A stretch of DNA of 64,000 nt from a virus. Of the stretch, positions 20,049 through 29,003 are shown in pieces. The stretch covers positions 31,363-95,362 of IMG/VR virus record IMGVR_UViG_3300042938_002732; one strand, written 5' to 3'. Made by a program: the position numbers and the translations under genes. The first letter of the stretch is position 1, and the number at the start of each line of letters is the position of its first letter. The notes below the pieces were generated by a model. The model searched no databases, was not told the DNA's origin, and saw only the letters and a program-made list of their open reading frames with translations.

Positions 20049-21392
20049 ATGAGCTGGATTCGCGTGAAGGAGGTGGGGTCGGTGCCTGGCGGGGGAAGTA
20101 GATTGGTGCGCTATGAATCGGGCGAGGCGGGAGGGCTGGATGCTCGTGGGGTATGGGTAGAACAGATCTTGGAGGAGAGGCCAGAAAAGATATATCTTAC
20201 TGATGAAGTGACTCTTGAGCAAGGCGATTGGGCGAGCCAGGAGATGGAGGCTCGGGAAAAGAGGGATTTCTGCCCTGAGGTGGCTCAGGAGGTGGCGGAT
20301 GCGGTGTATCATGAGGGGCTGAGCAGGCCGGTGCGGCGGGTGGCGTGGGACTTGTGCGATGATCGCCCTGATCTCTGCGGGGTGCTGCCTGCTGGGTGGG
20401 GGCCAGGATCTGAGGGCGTGCCGACTCCGACGATTTTCTTGCAGTCGAATCCTGTGATGGCTGAAAATTGCCTGCCGCTAAATAGGCTGGTGCGGGGTGT
20501 GGGGCCTGCGGCTTGGATTGCGCACTTAAAGAATCAAGGGTCTGTGGTGGCGAATTTTGCTCAAGGTAATGAGGTATTGATGTTCGTGGAATTTGATGGG
20601 GCGGGGTCGCTTGCGGGGGTTTTGCTGACGGGCTTGTGGAGTCCTGCTGATATCGCGACGGGGCTATGGCTGGATGCAGCGGATGAGGCAACGGTGACGC
20701 TGACGCTTGATGGTCTTGTATCGCAGTGGGTAGATAGGAGTGGGAATGGCGTTGTCGTGGATCAGACAAGCAATCTCTTGCGCCCGACTTACGATGGGCA
20801 AATTGGCGGGGTCAAGGCGCTAAACTTCCTTGGTAGCAATGAATTCTTGGAAGCGCGGAGTTATGTCAAGTCGCCCGGGTTTTACATTATCCTGGTCGCA
20901 AAGCATGACCTGAGCCTCCCTGACGCGCCGGTTTTTTCGTATTTTGATTCAAATAATTCCAATGAGCGTGTAAATCTGAGGTCGCGATCTGGGCGAAGTA
21001 GCATGCAGGTGATATCGAGGGGCGTGAATGAGGGGGATGGTGATACTGAGGGTTTCTTTCTCTACGATCTCCCAGGGATGGGTCAAGGTTTTGTGCTCTC
21101 GATGTCAGATACGGGAGGGGCAGGGTCATTTATCAATTATAATGCAAATCAAAAGGTGGCGAGCGGGAGTTTAGGAAGCGAAAGATTGCTGGGGCTGCGA
21201 ATCGCCAATTCAGTAGGGGCGGCTGGGTCGCTTGGCGGTGCGCTTGGCGAGTTTATTTTGCTGGACCAAGTGCCGGATGCGGACACGCAACGAAGGTTGG
21301 AAGGTTACTTGGCTCACAAGTGGGGGATAGCGGGGCAGATTCCAGAGGACCATCCTTACAAAGTAAATCCTCCGACTCCAAGGGCTGGTTGA
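20049..21392 (+). CDS. Virion protein with C-terminal LamG/concanavalin-like domain
   Basis: WSPADIATGLWLDAAD...VSQWVDRSGNG...LEGYLAHKWG...HPYK motif set. Confidence 0.7.
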   Translation: MSWIRVKEVGSVPGGGSRLVRYESGEAGGLDARGVWVEQILEERPEKIYLTDEVTLEQGDWASQEMEAREKRDFCPEVAQEVADAVYHEGLSRPVRRVAWDLCDDRPDLCGVLPAGWGPGSEGVPTPTIFLQSNPVMAENCLPLNRLVRGVGPAAWIAHLKNQGSVVANFAQGNEVLMFVEFDGAGSLAGVLLTGLWSPADIATGLWLDAADEATVTLTLDGLVSQWVDRSGNGVVVDQTSNLLRPTYDGQIGGVKALNFLGSNEFLEARSYVKSPGFYIILVAKHDLSLPDAPVFSYFDSNNSNERVNLRSRSGRSSMQVISRGVNEGDGDTEGFFLYDLPGMGQGFVLSMSDTGGAGSFINYNANQKVASGSLGSERLLGLRIANSVGAAGSLGGALGEFILLDQVPDADTQRRLEGYLAHKWGIAGQIPEDHPYKVNPPTPRAG

Positions 21393-21410
21393 CGCCTGGC
21401 ACTTCTGCAA

Positions 21411-21875
21411 ATGCGCATCTCGATAAATTTAGATACTCTTGCGGTGGGTGACTCTACGGGGAGCGCCCTGCAAACGCTCTCGACGAGGCGGAGCGATGCC
21501 TTCCCTATCCGGTTGGGATTTCTGCAAGGGGGCGTGGGCAAGGAATTACCGAGCGGCGCGGTCGGGAGGTTGGCTATAAAGAACACCCGTGACTACTCGG
21601 GCGTATTGGTGGCGGGAAGTCCGGCTTGGCGCAAGGTCGGGTATGGGTCTTCGGCATACTATGTTTTCATCTTGAATCTTGCCACGCAGCAGATGGATGA
21701 GGCTTTTTTCACCCTTAGCGGAGAGCTCGCCCAAGTGAGTTTTACGATGGAAATCGAGTGGGCCTATCGTGGCGTGCGTCAAACAAGTCGCCCTGTGGCG
21801 TTTGTGGTGGATAACGACTATACCCGCTCCGGCGATGTGCCTCCCACGCCCATAGCTGGGGCGTCGGGGAGTTGA
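21411..21875 (+). CDS. BppU-like baseplate/fibre adaptor (copy 1)
   Basis: Beta-sandwich pattern; clearly paralogous to the next ORF. Confidence 0.55.
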   Translation: MRISINLDTLAVGDSTGSALQTLSTRRSDAFPIRLGFLQGGVGKELPSGAVGRLAIKNTRDYSGVLVAGSPAWRKVGYGSSAYYVFILNLATQQMDEAFFTLSGELAQVSFTMEIEWAYRGVRQTSRPVAFVVDNDYTRSGDVPPTPIAGASGS

Positions 21876-21891
21876 CGTTTGCTGAATCTGT

Positions 21892-22485
21892 ATGCGGATA
21901 GCTATTGATCTCGACAGCAGGAGGGTTTTGACGTGGACGGGCGTCGCTGTCGAGGTGTTGGCTATGACTTGTCGGGATAAGTTCCCTGTGGATGTGAAGT
22001 TTATCAGCTTGGGGAGGTATGTAGATCTTCCGTCGGGGGCTCTGGGGGCGCTCTCTCTGAAGGTGCCTGGTTCTTGGTCGGGCGTGGTTAGGGCTACGGG
22101 AGGTCAGTGGACGAAGACGGGTGTAGGCAAGGACGCGGTGTATGGATTTTTCCTGCGGCTCGACACGGTTGAGCTTCTGGAGTTGTTTGCCGGTGAACCG
22201 AGTAGCGTGGATTTGGCGATGGAATTGGAGTGGTCGTATGGAGCTCCTTCCGTGCGCAGCACCTCTGTTCCGGTGCCTGTGGTGGTGTCCAATGATTATA
22301 TCCGTGAAAACGATGGCGTGCCGGTCGAGGCGATCGATCGCAAGGCGACTCAGGCTGAGGCCGAAGAGGGCCTTGTGAACGACAAGTGGATGACTCCGCT
22401 GCGTGTGGCGCAGGCGGCTGCGAAAATTTTAGGGGGCTCCGATGGTTCCGGCGGGATCGCTGTGATCGATGCGGGAGTCTACTAA
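21892..22485 (+). CDS. BppU-like baseplate/fibre adaptor (copy 2)
   Basis: LPSGA, MExEW and NDY shared with copy 1; KATQAEAEEGLVNDKWMTPLRVAQA fibre motif; ends IDAGVY. Confidence 0.6.
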   Translation: MRIAIDLDSRRVLTWTGVAVEVLAMTCRDKFPVDVKFISLGRYVDLPSGALGALSLKVPGSWSGVVRATGGQWTKTGVGKDAVYGFFLRLDTVELLELFAGEPSSVDLAMELEWSYGAPSVRSTSVPVPVVVSNDYIRENDGVPVEAIDRKATQAEAEEGLVNDKWMTPLRVAQAAAKILGGSDGSGGIAVIDAGVY

Positions 22486-22529
22486 CAACAAACAACAAAC
22501 AACAAACAAAAAACAAATAAATAAATATC

Positions 22530-23636
22530 ATGGCGAACCCAATCATCAAAATCTTGCGCGGCGTTACCCCTCCTCCGACTCTGGAGGCAGGACGCATCGC
22601 GATTGACCAAGCGGCTAAAAATCTTTACGTCGGCATAGACGACGGGGACGGCGGAACGATTAACGAAATCGTCGGCGGCTCAGGCACATTCGCGACCAAG
22701 GCGTTCGTTGCGGATGCGATCACCACAGCCACAGGCGATCTCGGCACGATGTCCACGCAGAATGCCGATGCGGTTGAGATTACTGGCGGCACGATTGACG
22801 GGACAGCTATCGGCGCGACTACCCCTTCGACGGGTGCATTTACTAGTGTTGCGACACCCGAACTTACATCACCTACTGGTTTCATAGAGGCTGGGTTAGT
22901 CATAATCCAAAATACATCCCTAACTAATGCGGTTCTGGAGGGTTCGGTAATTCGGAATGGGTCAGAAATAGATGATTCACCTATCGGCAGATTTACCCCT
23001 TCGACTGGTAAGTTTACCACGCTCAAGGCATCATCTGCCCCCGTTGACCCGACTGATGTTGTTCGCAAAACCGAACTCGATTCTGCCGTTTCCGCTCTCG
23101 GTTCGGTATTCCACTTCGTAGGTGATGTTAGCTCCGCATCCACTCCCCTTGACCTAAGCACTCTGAGCGATCAAACTACTGGTTCTTACTACAAAGTTGA
23201 TGTTGCTGGAACCTACACGGCAGGAGAGAATAGCTTCGCGGCCAAGGCGGGCGATGCGTTTGTAAAAACCTCAACAGGCTGGCAAAAGCTCGACAATGTG
23301 GACGTCGAAGTCCTCGGCACCGCAAACGAAATCTCCGTAACTGGCGGCGAGAATGCTGGCTACACAGTTGCCCTCGATTCTGTTTTCTCAGGACGGGTTA
23401 CGACTGCGGAAGGTGACATCGATGACCTCGAAACCAAGACGCAGAACATTACCGCCGACGCTAACATGACCACGGTCGCTGGTGCCATGCGGAGCGGAAA
23501 CGGAAGCAGTGTCGTTGATTTCGGCAACGGGGAGTTGATATTTGGCGCGGCAAATTTCGGATCGGCTTTTGTCAGCGGCGACCTTTCGGTAACAGGAGAC
23601 ATCACTGACGCCATCATCGACGGTGGAGTTTACTAA
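22530..23636 (+). CDS. Tail fibre protein
   Basis: LGTMSTQNADAVEITGGTIDGTAIGATTPSTGAFT fibre motif; ends IDGGVY. Confidence 0.75.
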   Translation: MANPIIKILRGVTPPPTLEAGRIAIDQAAKNLYVGIDDGDGGTINEIVGGSGTFATKAFVADAITTATGDLGTMSTQNADAVEITGGTIDGTAIGATTPSTGAFTSVATPELTSPTGFIEAGLVIIQNTSLTNAVLEGSVIRNGSEIDDSPIGRFTPSTGKFTTLKASSAPVDPTDVVRKTELDSAVSALGSVFHFVGDVSSASTPLDLSTLSDQTTGSYYKVDVAGTYTAGENSFAAKAGDAFVKTSTGWQKLDNVDVEVLGTANEISVTGGENAGYTVALDSVFSGRVTTAEGDIDDLETKTQNITADANMTTVAGAMRSGNGSSVVDFGNGELIFGAANFGSAFVSGDLSVTGDITDAIIDGGVY

Positions 23637-23655
23637 AAATCCCTAACCCAAAAGA

Positions 23656-23682
23656 CCCTCGCGGGTTCCAATCCCGCGAGGG
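23656..23682 (+). terminator. Strong intergenic hairpin (terminator or stabiliser)
   Basis: CCCTCGCGGG-TTCCAAT-CCCGCGAGGG; no clear U-tract. Confidence 0.45.
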
Positions 23683-23696
23683 CAACCCATTCTATA

Positions 23697-25022
23697 ATGG
23701 CTTCTCCAAAAATAATTCCGAAGAAGAGCACTATTGCTGACAAGGTTCCTCTCCCAGAGCAACTTGAGGGGGGAGAGGTATCCGTAAACTGGGCCGATCA
23801 GGTCTGGCACGGCAAACACCCGTCCTCGAATGCCGTAGTGCCGATTGGTGCGCCTGCCTTGCACAGCCACGACGAGTTGTATTCGCTCGATAAGTCCCAG
23901 CACATTGAGTTGCAAAATAATGGCGATTTAACTTTACCCAACGGCGGCACGATTTCGGATTCTGCCGCCGATGAAGGATCGCTCACCCTCACCCCTCCAA
24001 ACGCCACTGCGGGTCAAGGGCTTGTCATTCGACCAACTGTGGGCGTCGCGCTCACAAACGATATTGGGTTTTCTGCTGGAGCAACCATAACAGTCACTCT
24101 TACTGACGCTGGTTCCCATATCTCCGACGATTGGACAGCTAATGGCGGCAAGGATGCTAACTGGGCTTACACCATCACCGGAATCACCTCTGGCAATCTC
24201 GGCTCCGCTCTGACTGGAATTTTTGCCGCTGGCGATTGGTTTATTTCTGGTGGGAATTACGTAAATCAAAAAGTATTTACCATCCCAGCAGGCAGCACGG
24301 GAACAGGATTCAGTATACGATTAGACGATCCGATCACATCCGCTTACTCAGGGTATCCAACCCCACCTAATTTGGAGCTTACTGTTGGGGCAACCTCAAT
24401 GCTCCCTGAAACGGGACATCTTCACTTAGTTACAGCAGACCCCGGCAATGTTGATCTCTACTTGGGGGATGATTACCAATTTGTAAAAATCGAGCGGAAC
24501 TCAGGCGGGATTGTTATTGGGAATAATAATAACACGAACCAATGGAGTTTTAAGACGGACGGGACTCTTGAGTTGCCTTCCGGGGGAGATATAACGCTCG
24601 GCGGAACTTCGGTTTTGGGTGGTGGCACACAAGCAAATTGGGCTTCCACATCTGGGCCTTCTGAAATTCTCAACAAGCCCACCCTCGGCACGGCGGCGGG
24701 GACCAATTCAACTGATTACGCAACTGCCGCTCACACGCACCCGCTTTCTGAGATCACTCAGTCTAATGCTATCAATGGCCAAGTAGCCACATGGGACGGG
24801 GCTGCATGGGTTCCATCAACCCCGGCGGCGGCGGGGGTATCTTCTGTGGCTGGTCGCACGGGTGCTGTCACTCTCGCTGTGGCCGATGTCGCGAACGCAG
24901 TCGGGTCGCTTACAACGGGGATCGCTAACACAACGCCGATCACAAACATGATGCAGATCACGCAAGCGGGCTACAGCGCACTAACTCCTGAGACTAACAC
25001 CCTCTACATAATCGTTGGATGA
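23697..25022 (+). CDS. Tail fibre protein
   Basis: ILNKPTLGTAA, AHTHPLSEI, VSSVAGRTGAVTL and NTLYIIVG fibre motifs. Confidence 0.75.
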   Translation: MASPKIIPKKSTIADKVPLPEQLEGGEVSVNWADQVWHGKHPSSNAVVPIGAPALHSHDELYSLDKSQHIELQNNGDLTLPNGGTISDSAADEGSLTLTPPNATAGQGLVIRPTVGVALTNDIGFSAGATITVTLTDAGSHISDDWTANGGKDANWAYTITGITSGNLGSALTGIFAAGDWFISGGNYVNQKVFTIPAGSTGTGFSIRLDDPITSAYSGYPTPPNLELTVGATSMLPETGHLHLVTADPGNVDLYLGDDYQFVKIERNSGGIVIGNNNNTNQWSFKTDGTLELPSGGDITLGGTSVLGGGTQANWASTSGPSEILNKPTLGTAAGTNSTDYATAAHTHPLSEITQSNAINGQVATWDGAAWVPSTPAAAGVSSVAGRTGAVTLAVADVANAVGSLTTGIANTTPITNMMQITQAGYSALTPETNTLYIIVG

Positions 25023-25864
25023 TTTTGAACAATTCCAGTGCGGCAAAAGTAGGAACCAGCAATGTAACTGCAATTGCATCTGCAACAACATCATTTCGGC
25101 AATTCATGTGCTACTCCGCGACAACTATTTCGCATGCAATTGGCGGCACAATTGGTCTTGTAAAAAATGGAATCGGAGGTTTAACATTAACGGGAGGAGC
25201 TAACTATACTGGGCCAACAATAATTAATCAAGGGCAACTTATAATTTCATCAATCGTCACGCTCAATGGGGTTATTAGTGGAGCGGGATCGATTTTTAAA
25301 AACGGCTCTCATGCTATAACTATTGGCGGCAACAATACTTATACTGGTGGAACAATATCTGCGGGTGGGACGATAACATATTCGTCTGGCAATGCTTTTG
25401 GAACTGGATCGTTTACGGCTCAGACAGCATCGCAAATTATTACACCAAACAATGTAACTTTGCCAAATAATTTTATAATAAACGCTGGAGCTACTTTGCA
25501 ATATCGCACCACAGGCGCACCTACGATAACAGTTACAGGCAATATCACAGGTAGCGGAAACCTAAACAAAACAGCAAATGGAATTCTCATTCTGTCTGGA
25601 ACATTAACCTACACAGGGCAAACAATTATTACAGCGGGAACAATACGAGCTTCAAAAACAACTGGCTCTTCAACAGCAACGGCATCGTTTACAACAGCTA
25701 CAACTTTAAGCGTTTCGTTCAATGCCCCCCCTGATGCTGGAACTCAAGCCTTCCGCTTCTTCCAAGGTTCTACGAATAGAACATATACAGCGGTGACATT
25801 AGTAAATGCACCGGGACGAACAGCAACATACAACTCTACAACTTCAACCCTAACAGTAACATGA
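25019..25864 (+). CDS. Autotransporter-associated beta-strand repeat protein
   Basis: Three LxKxGxGxLxLxGxNxYTGxTxIxxGxL-like repeats; AT-richer DNA. Confidence 0.75.
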   Translation: MILNNSSAAKVGTSNVTAIASATTSFRQFMCYSATTISHAIGGTIGLVKNGIGGLTLTGGANYTGPTIINQGQLIISSIVTLNGVISGAGSIFKNGSHAITIGGNNTYTGGTISAGGTITYSSGNAFGTGSFTAQTASQIITPNNVTLPNNFIINAGATLQYRTTGAPTITVTGNITGSGNLNKTANGILILSGTLTYTGQTIITAGTIRASKTTGSSTATASFTTATTLSVSFNAPPDAGTQAFRFFQGSTNRTYTAVTLVNAPGRTATYNSTTSTLTVT

Positions 25865-26070
25865 TAATTCAACCCAACGAAAACGGATGGTCATTTGACG
25901 AATCAAACTCATGGAAACTCGTCCATGATGGAGCCAATATTATTTTTTTTGAGCAAACCGACAAAGCAATATCGACACAAAGTATTTTATTTGTGGGAAC
26001 AAAAGAGGAATGTGATCCGGAAATCGAGCGTTTAGGGCTGAAATTCACACACGAAAACGACGAGCTATGA
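25861..26070 (+). CDS. Small hypothetical protein
   Basis: ATGA overlaps at both ends. Confidence 0.6.
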   Translation: MIIQPNENGWSFDESNSWKLVHDGANIIFFEQTDKAISTQSILFVGTKEECDPEIERLGLKFTHENDEL

Positions 26071-26312
26071 GCATCGAAAATATAAATAAAACTCTGGACG
26101 TTGCATTGAAATTAAGCGCCCCAATCGGCGTTGCGGTAATGCTTTATCTCCAGACGCAATTTGTCACGCGCCCAGAGTTTCTAAAAGCTTATGAGCGAAC
26201 CGACGTGCGCCTAACCAAAATCGAAGAACTGCTCATTCGCATGGAGCGACATGACAAGATTTTGGCCGACCATGAAGACAGGCTTAGAATTGTTGAAAGA
26301 ACCATCAAATGA
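26067..26312 (+). CDS. Small membrane-anchored coiled-coil protein (lysis region)
   Basis: N-terminal hydrophobic segment then coiled coil ending DHEDRLRIVE; directly before the holin. Confidence 0.6.
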   Translation: MSIENINKTLDVALKLSAPIGVAVMLYLQTQFVTRPEFLKAYERTDVRLTKIEELLIRMERHDKILADHEDRLRIVERTIK

Positions 26313-26713
26313 CTTGGGATATACCGGCCACGATTAGCGCTGTAACGAATCTTGTAAACAAATTCGTCCCCGACCGGGACGCGCAGATTCAGTTGCAAGC
26401 CGAGCTTCATCGGCAGCTCATCCAAATCGAGAGTGACGGAGCAAAGGCTCAGGCGGCGATAAATCAGACGGAGGCGGCATCCAGCAACATCTTCGCTTCG
26501 TCCTGGCGTCCGGCGGTCGGCTGGGTGTGTGCGCTCGCGTTCGCCTGGCAATTTGTGGGCCAGCCGTTTTTCAGCTTTTTCTACACGCTCGCTACCAAGC
26601 AGCCCGCACCTGTGGTCGCGCTCGACTCCGAGGCTCTCAATACCGTTCTCTTTGGTCTCCTCGGGCTCGGCGGCTTCCGCACATGGGAAAAAATCAAGGG
26701 GGTCGCCAGATGA
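26309..26713 (+). CDS. Holin (GTA-type 3TM holin family)
   Basis: SWRPAVGWVCALA and LLGLGGFRTWEKIKGVA signatures. Confidence 0.85.
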   Translation: MTWDIPATISAVTNLVNKFVPDRDAQIQLQAELHRQLIQIESDGAKAQAAINQTEAASSNIFASSWRPAVGWVCALAFAWQFVGQPFFSFFYTLATKQPAPVVALDSEALNTVLFGLLGLGGFRTWEKIKGVAR

Positions 26714-26790
26714 GCGATGCCTCCAAAATCGCTCTCGCGCTCATTCTCCTGAGCTTTCTCTTCCTGAGCCTCGCCTTCCTCACACGATGA
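26710..26790 (+). CDS. 26-aa single-transmembrane peptide between holin and endolysin
   Basis: MSDASKIALALILLSFLFLSLAFLTR; ATGA overlaps on both sides. Confidence 0.5.
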   Translation: MSDASKIALALILLSFLFLSLAFLTR

Positions 26791-27371
26791 CAACCGAGCA
26801 AATCCAAAAAATGCAGCGCATCATCGGCGTGAATCCCGATGGGTTCTGGGGGCCAAAGTCGCAGGCCCGATGCCGCGAGCATCTCAAGAGCCTCATGCCG
26901 ACCCCGAATCCCTGGCCTTTCTCAACGAGGGAGGGGCTGCGCGATTTCTACGGCGAGCCGGGGGATGAGGGCAACCTCGTCACCATCGAATTCCCCTACC
27001 CCATGTATTATGGCGGTCAGCGCGTGACAAAATCCCGCTGCCACAAAAAGGTCGCCGCCTCGCTCCTCCGCATCCTCACCGCCATAGGCCAGCGCGGCGC
27101 AGGCACACGCGAGATCATGGAGCCCGCCGAGGACTACGGCGGCATCTACAACTTTCGCAACAAACGCGGCGGCACGAGCCTCTCCGTCCACGCCTGGGGG
27201 GCCGCAATCGACCTCGATGCGGACGACAATTCCTTCCGCGATCCCTGGCCGCTTGTGGCCGATATGCCGCTGGCCGTCATGGAAGAATTCGCCAAAGAAG
27301 GATGGCAGTCGGCCGGGGCGTTCTGGGGGTTCGACGGGATGCATAGCGAAGCAACGCGCCCAAGAGTGTAA
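26787..27371 (+). CDS. Endolysin, M15 family peptidase with short N-terminal peptidoglycan-binding motif
   Basis: QRIIGVNPDGFWGPKS; YNFR...SVHAWGAAID; DGMHSE. Confidence 0.85.
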   Translation: MTTEQIQKMQRIIGVNPDGFWGPKSQARCREHLKSLMPTPNPWPFSTREGLRDFYGEPGDEGNLVTIEFPYPMYYGGQRVTKSRCHKKVAASLLRILTAIGQRGAGTREIMEPAEDYGGIYNFRNKRGGTSLSVHAWGAAIDLDADDNSFRDPWPLVADMPLAVMEEFAKEGWQSAGAFWGFDGMHSEATRPRV

Positions 27372-27406
27372 AAAAAATGCTTGACACCCGCAGAAGCCGA
27401 TAAAAT

Positions 27407-27565
27407 CTACTTCTCCGGTCTTTCGTGTTTAATACCGAGATCTTTTTCAACAAGATTTCGCAGGTATCCAGCAAGGCTTCGGTTTTCAATTTTAGCCTGG
27501 GCTTTGGCTCGGGCTGCGAGGCTTTTAGATGCGCGAAATCCAACAAACTTTATTTGCTTTTCCAT
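27407..27565 (-). CDS. RHH (Arc/CopG-like) regulator 1, 52 aa, not in the ORF track
   Basis: Hand translation MEKQIKFVGFRASKSLAARAKAQAKIENRSLAGYLRNLVEKDL... Confidence 0.75.
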   Translation of the reverse strand: MEKQIKFVGFRASKSLAARAKAQAKIENRSLAGYLRNLVEKDLGIKHERPEK

Positions 27566-27648
27566 AATGTAAGTTCCGTTTTTTCAAAAGGGGTTCAACA
27601 TTTTTTGCGTTTGCAAAATGAGCACGCTTTGCTAACAACAATGGCGAG

Positions 27649-27813
27649 ATGAAAAAAACGGGTGAAGTATTGGGCTTCCACTGCGAAGTGGAGCTTGCCG
27701 CTCTCATAGAGAGCCGGGCAAGGGACGAGGGGAAGACCGTCTCTGAATACATCCGAGAGGTTTTAATTCGCGGGCTGGAGGATGAGTCTCCAGCAGAGGG
27801 GCAACACTCTTAG
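27649..27813 (+). CDS. RHH regulator 2, 54 aa, not in the ORF track
   Basis: Hand translation MKKTGEVLGFHCEVELAALIESRARDEGKTVSEYIREVLIRGL... Confidence 0.75.
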   Translation: MKKTGEVLGFHCEVELAALIESRARDEGKTVSEYIREVLIRGLEDESPAEGQHS

Positions 27814-27844
27814 AGAATAATTCCATTTAGCCCCCCAGGCCCCC

Positions 27845-28051
27845 TCAGGCGCGCCGTTTCATTTCCTCCCGCACAATCGCGCGAATCTGATCCACGCCCA
27901 AAGCGGGCTCCCCGTCTGTCTGGGCGATCAGAATCTCAATGAACTGGCTCACACTCAATCCCCGTTTCTCGGCAAGGCGCGCAGCCTTCTTCTTCAGCTC
28001 CAGATCAAGCCGGAGCGTGATCTTGGGGTCGTCAAGATTTATTTTTCGCAT
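27845..28051 (-). CDS. RHH regulator 3
   Basis: KITLRLDLELKKKAARLAEKRGLSVSQFIEILI. Confidence 0.8.
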   Translation of the reverse strand: MRKINLDDPKITLRLDLELKKKAARLAEKRGLSVSQFIEILIAQTDGEPALGVDQIRAIVREEMKRRA

Positions 28052-28145
28052 ACGTCTAATATACGGCAAAGAGTTTTTTTCGCAAATTTATCTTTGAGCG
28101 GAAAAGAAAGTCCGATAGAAAACATTCCGTCATCAAAAAGTATTC

Positions 28146-28397
28146 ATGACCTTAAAAAATATGAAATCAGGAGATCACCCCACCAAAAAAAGGCCACTCA
28201 AGATGGCAGTCCGCAAGCCTTCGGAACCCCGGCTGGCAACCGCCAAGCGGGGCCGTGCAGTGCGGCGGGACAACCCGCAAACCCTCACCCTCCACCTCGC
28301 TCTCGAATTCAAGCGCCGGGCCTTCGATCTCGCCACGGCGCGCCGCTGCTCGATCAGCCGACTGGTCGAGGATTTGATCGCGGCCTGCAGGGAGTAG
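28146..28397 (+). CDS. RHH regulator 4
   Basis: TLTLHLALEFKRRAFDLATARRCSISRLVEDLI. Confidence 0.75.
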   Translation: MTLKNMKSGDHPTKKRPLKMAVRKPSEPRLATAKRGRAVRRDNPQTLTLHLALEFKRRAFDLATARRCSISRLVEDLIAACRE

Positions 28398-28453
28398 TTT
28401 TTTTTTATAGTTGGGGAAAACCACGTCAAATAATCCGTCATCAAAAAGTATAC

Positions 28454-28741
28454 ATGGCCAATAAAAACATGAAATCAGGGGAACACCCCATAACGGTAAA
28501 AACGCTGGCTTGCATGCCATCGGTGCGGGCGGCACGATCGCTCGCGTTTGCCAACTCCCCCAAGTCCGAAAGCAGTGTCGGCGCGTTCAAGCGGGGGCGC
28601 CCTCAGCGGCAGGACAACCCGCAAAAAACCACCCTCAATATCGCACCGGCAATAAAGGCGAAGGCCTTCGACCTCGCGACAGCCCGCCGATGCTCAATCG
28701 GCCGCCTGGTCGAAGACTTGATCGCCGCCTGCAAGGAGTAA
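28454..28741 (+). CDS. RHH regulator 5 (duplicate of regulator 4)
   Basis: KTTLNIAPAIKAKAFDLATARRCSIGRLVEDLI; upstream DNA is duplicated too. Confidence 0.75.
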   Translation: MANKNMKSGEHPITVKTLACMPSVRAARSLAFANSPKSESSVGAFKRGRPQRQDNPQKTTLNIAPAIKAKAFDLATARRCSIGRLVEDLIAACKE

Positions 28742-28745
28742 GAAT

Positions 28746-29003
28746 ATGGCGAGCTATTCTGTCATTATGGCCGAGCGGCGCGGCGCAGTCGGTGTCGAGG
28801 ACGCTGAGCGCATCGTGGGTGGGGCTCAGATGCTCTCCCTTGTGCGGCGAGCTGGATGGCTCACTCCGAAGGTGCAGGGCAACCGGCTCACCCTTTTCGA
28901 CTACGACGAGTGCCTTGGGGCTTGGAAGCGCGTGTGTCTGGAGGGTGTGGAGGCGTTGCGAGCGGCGGCGACCGGAACCCCACTTCAATCTCCGAATCAT
29001 TAG
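28746..29003 (+). CDS. Putative excisionase/recombination directionality factor
   Basis: Small winged-HTH-like protein (AGWLTPKVQGNRLTLFD) convergent with and overlapping the integrase. Confidence 0.5.
   Translation: MASYSVIMAERRGAVGVEDAERIVGGAQMLSLVRRAGWLTPKVQGNRLTLFDYDECLGAWKRVCLEGVEALRAAATGTPLQSPNH

Noticed and set aside
23656-23682. tRNA T-arm (GGTTCCAATCC)
   Set aside because: Simple 10-bp hairpin with no cloverleaf context
27381-27406. Sigma70 promoter TTGACA...TAAAAT
   Set aside because: Spacer is only 14 nt
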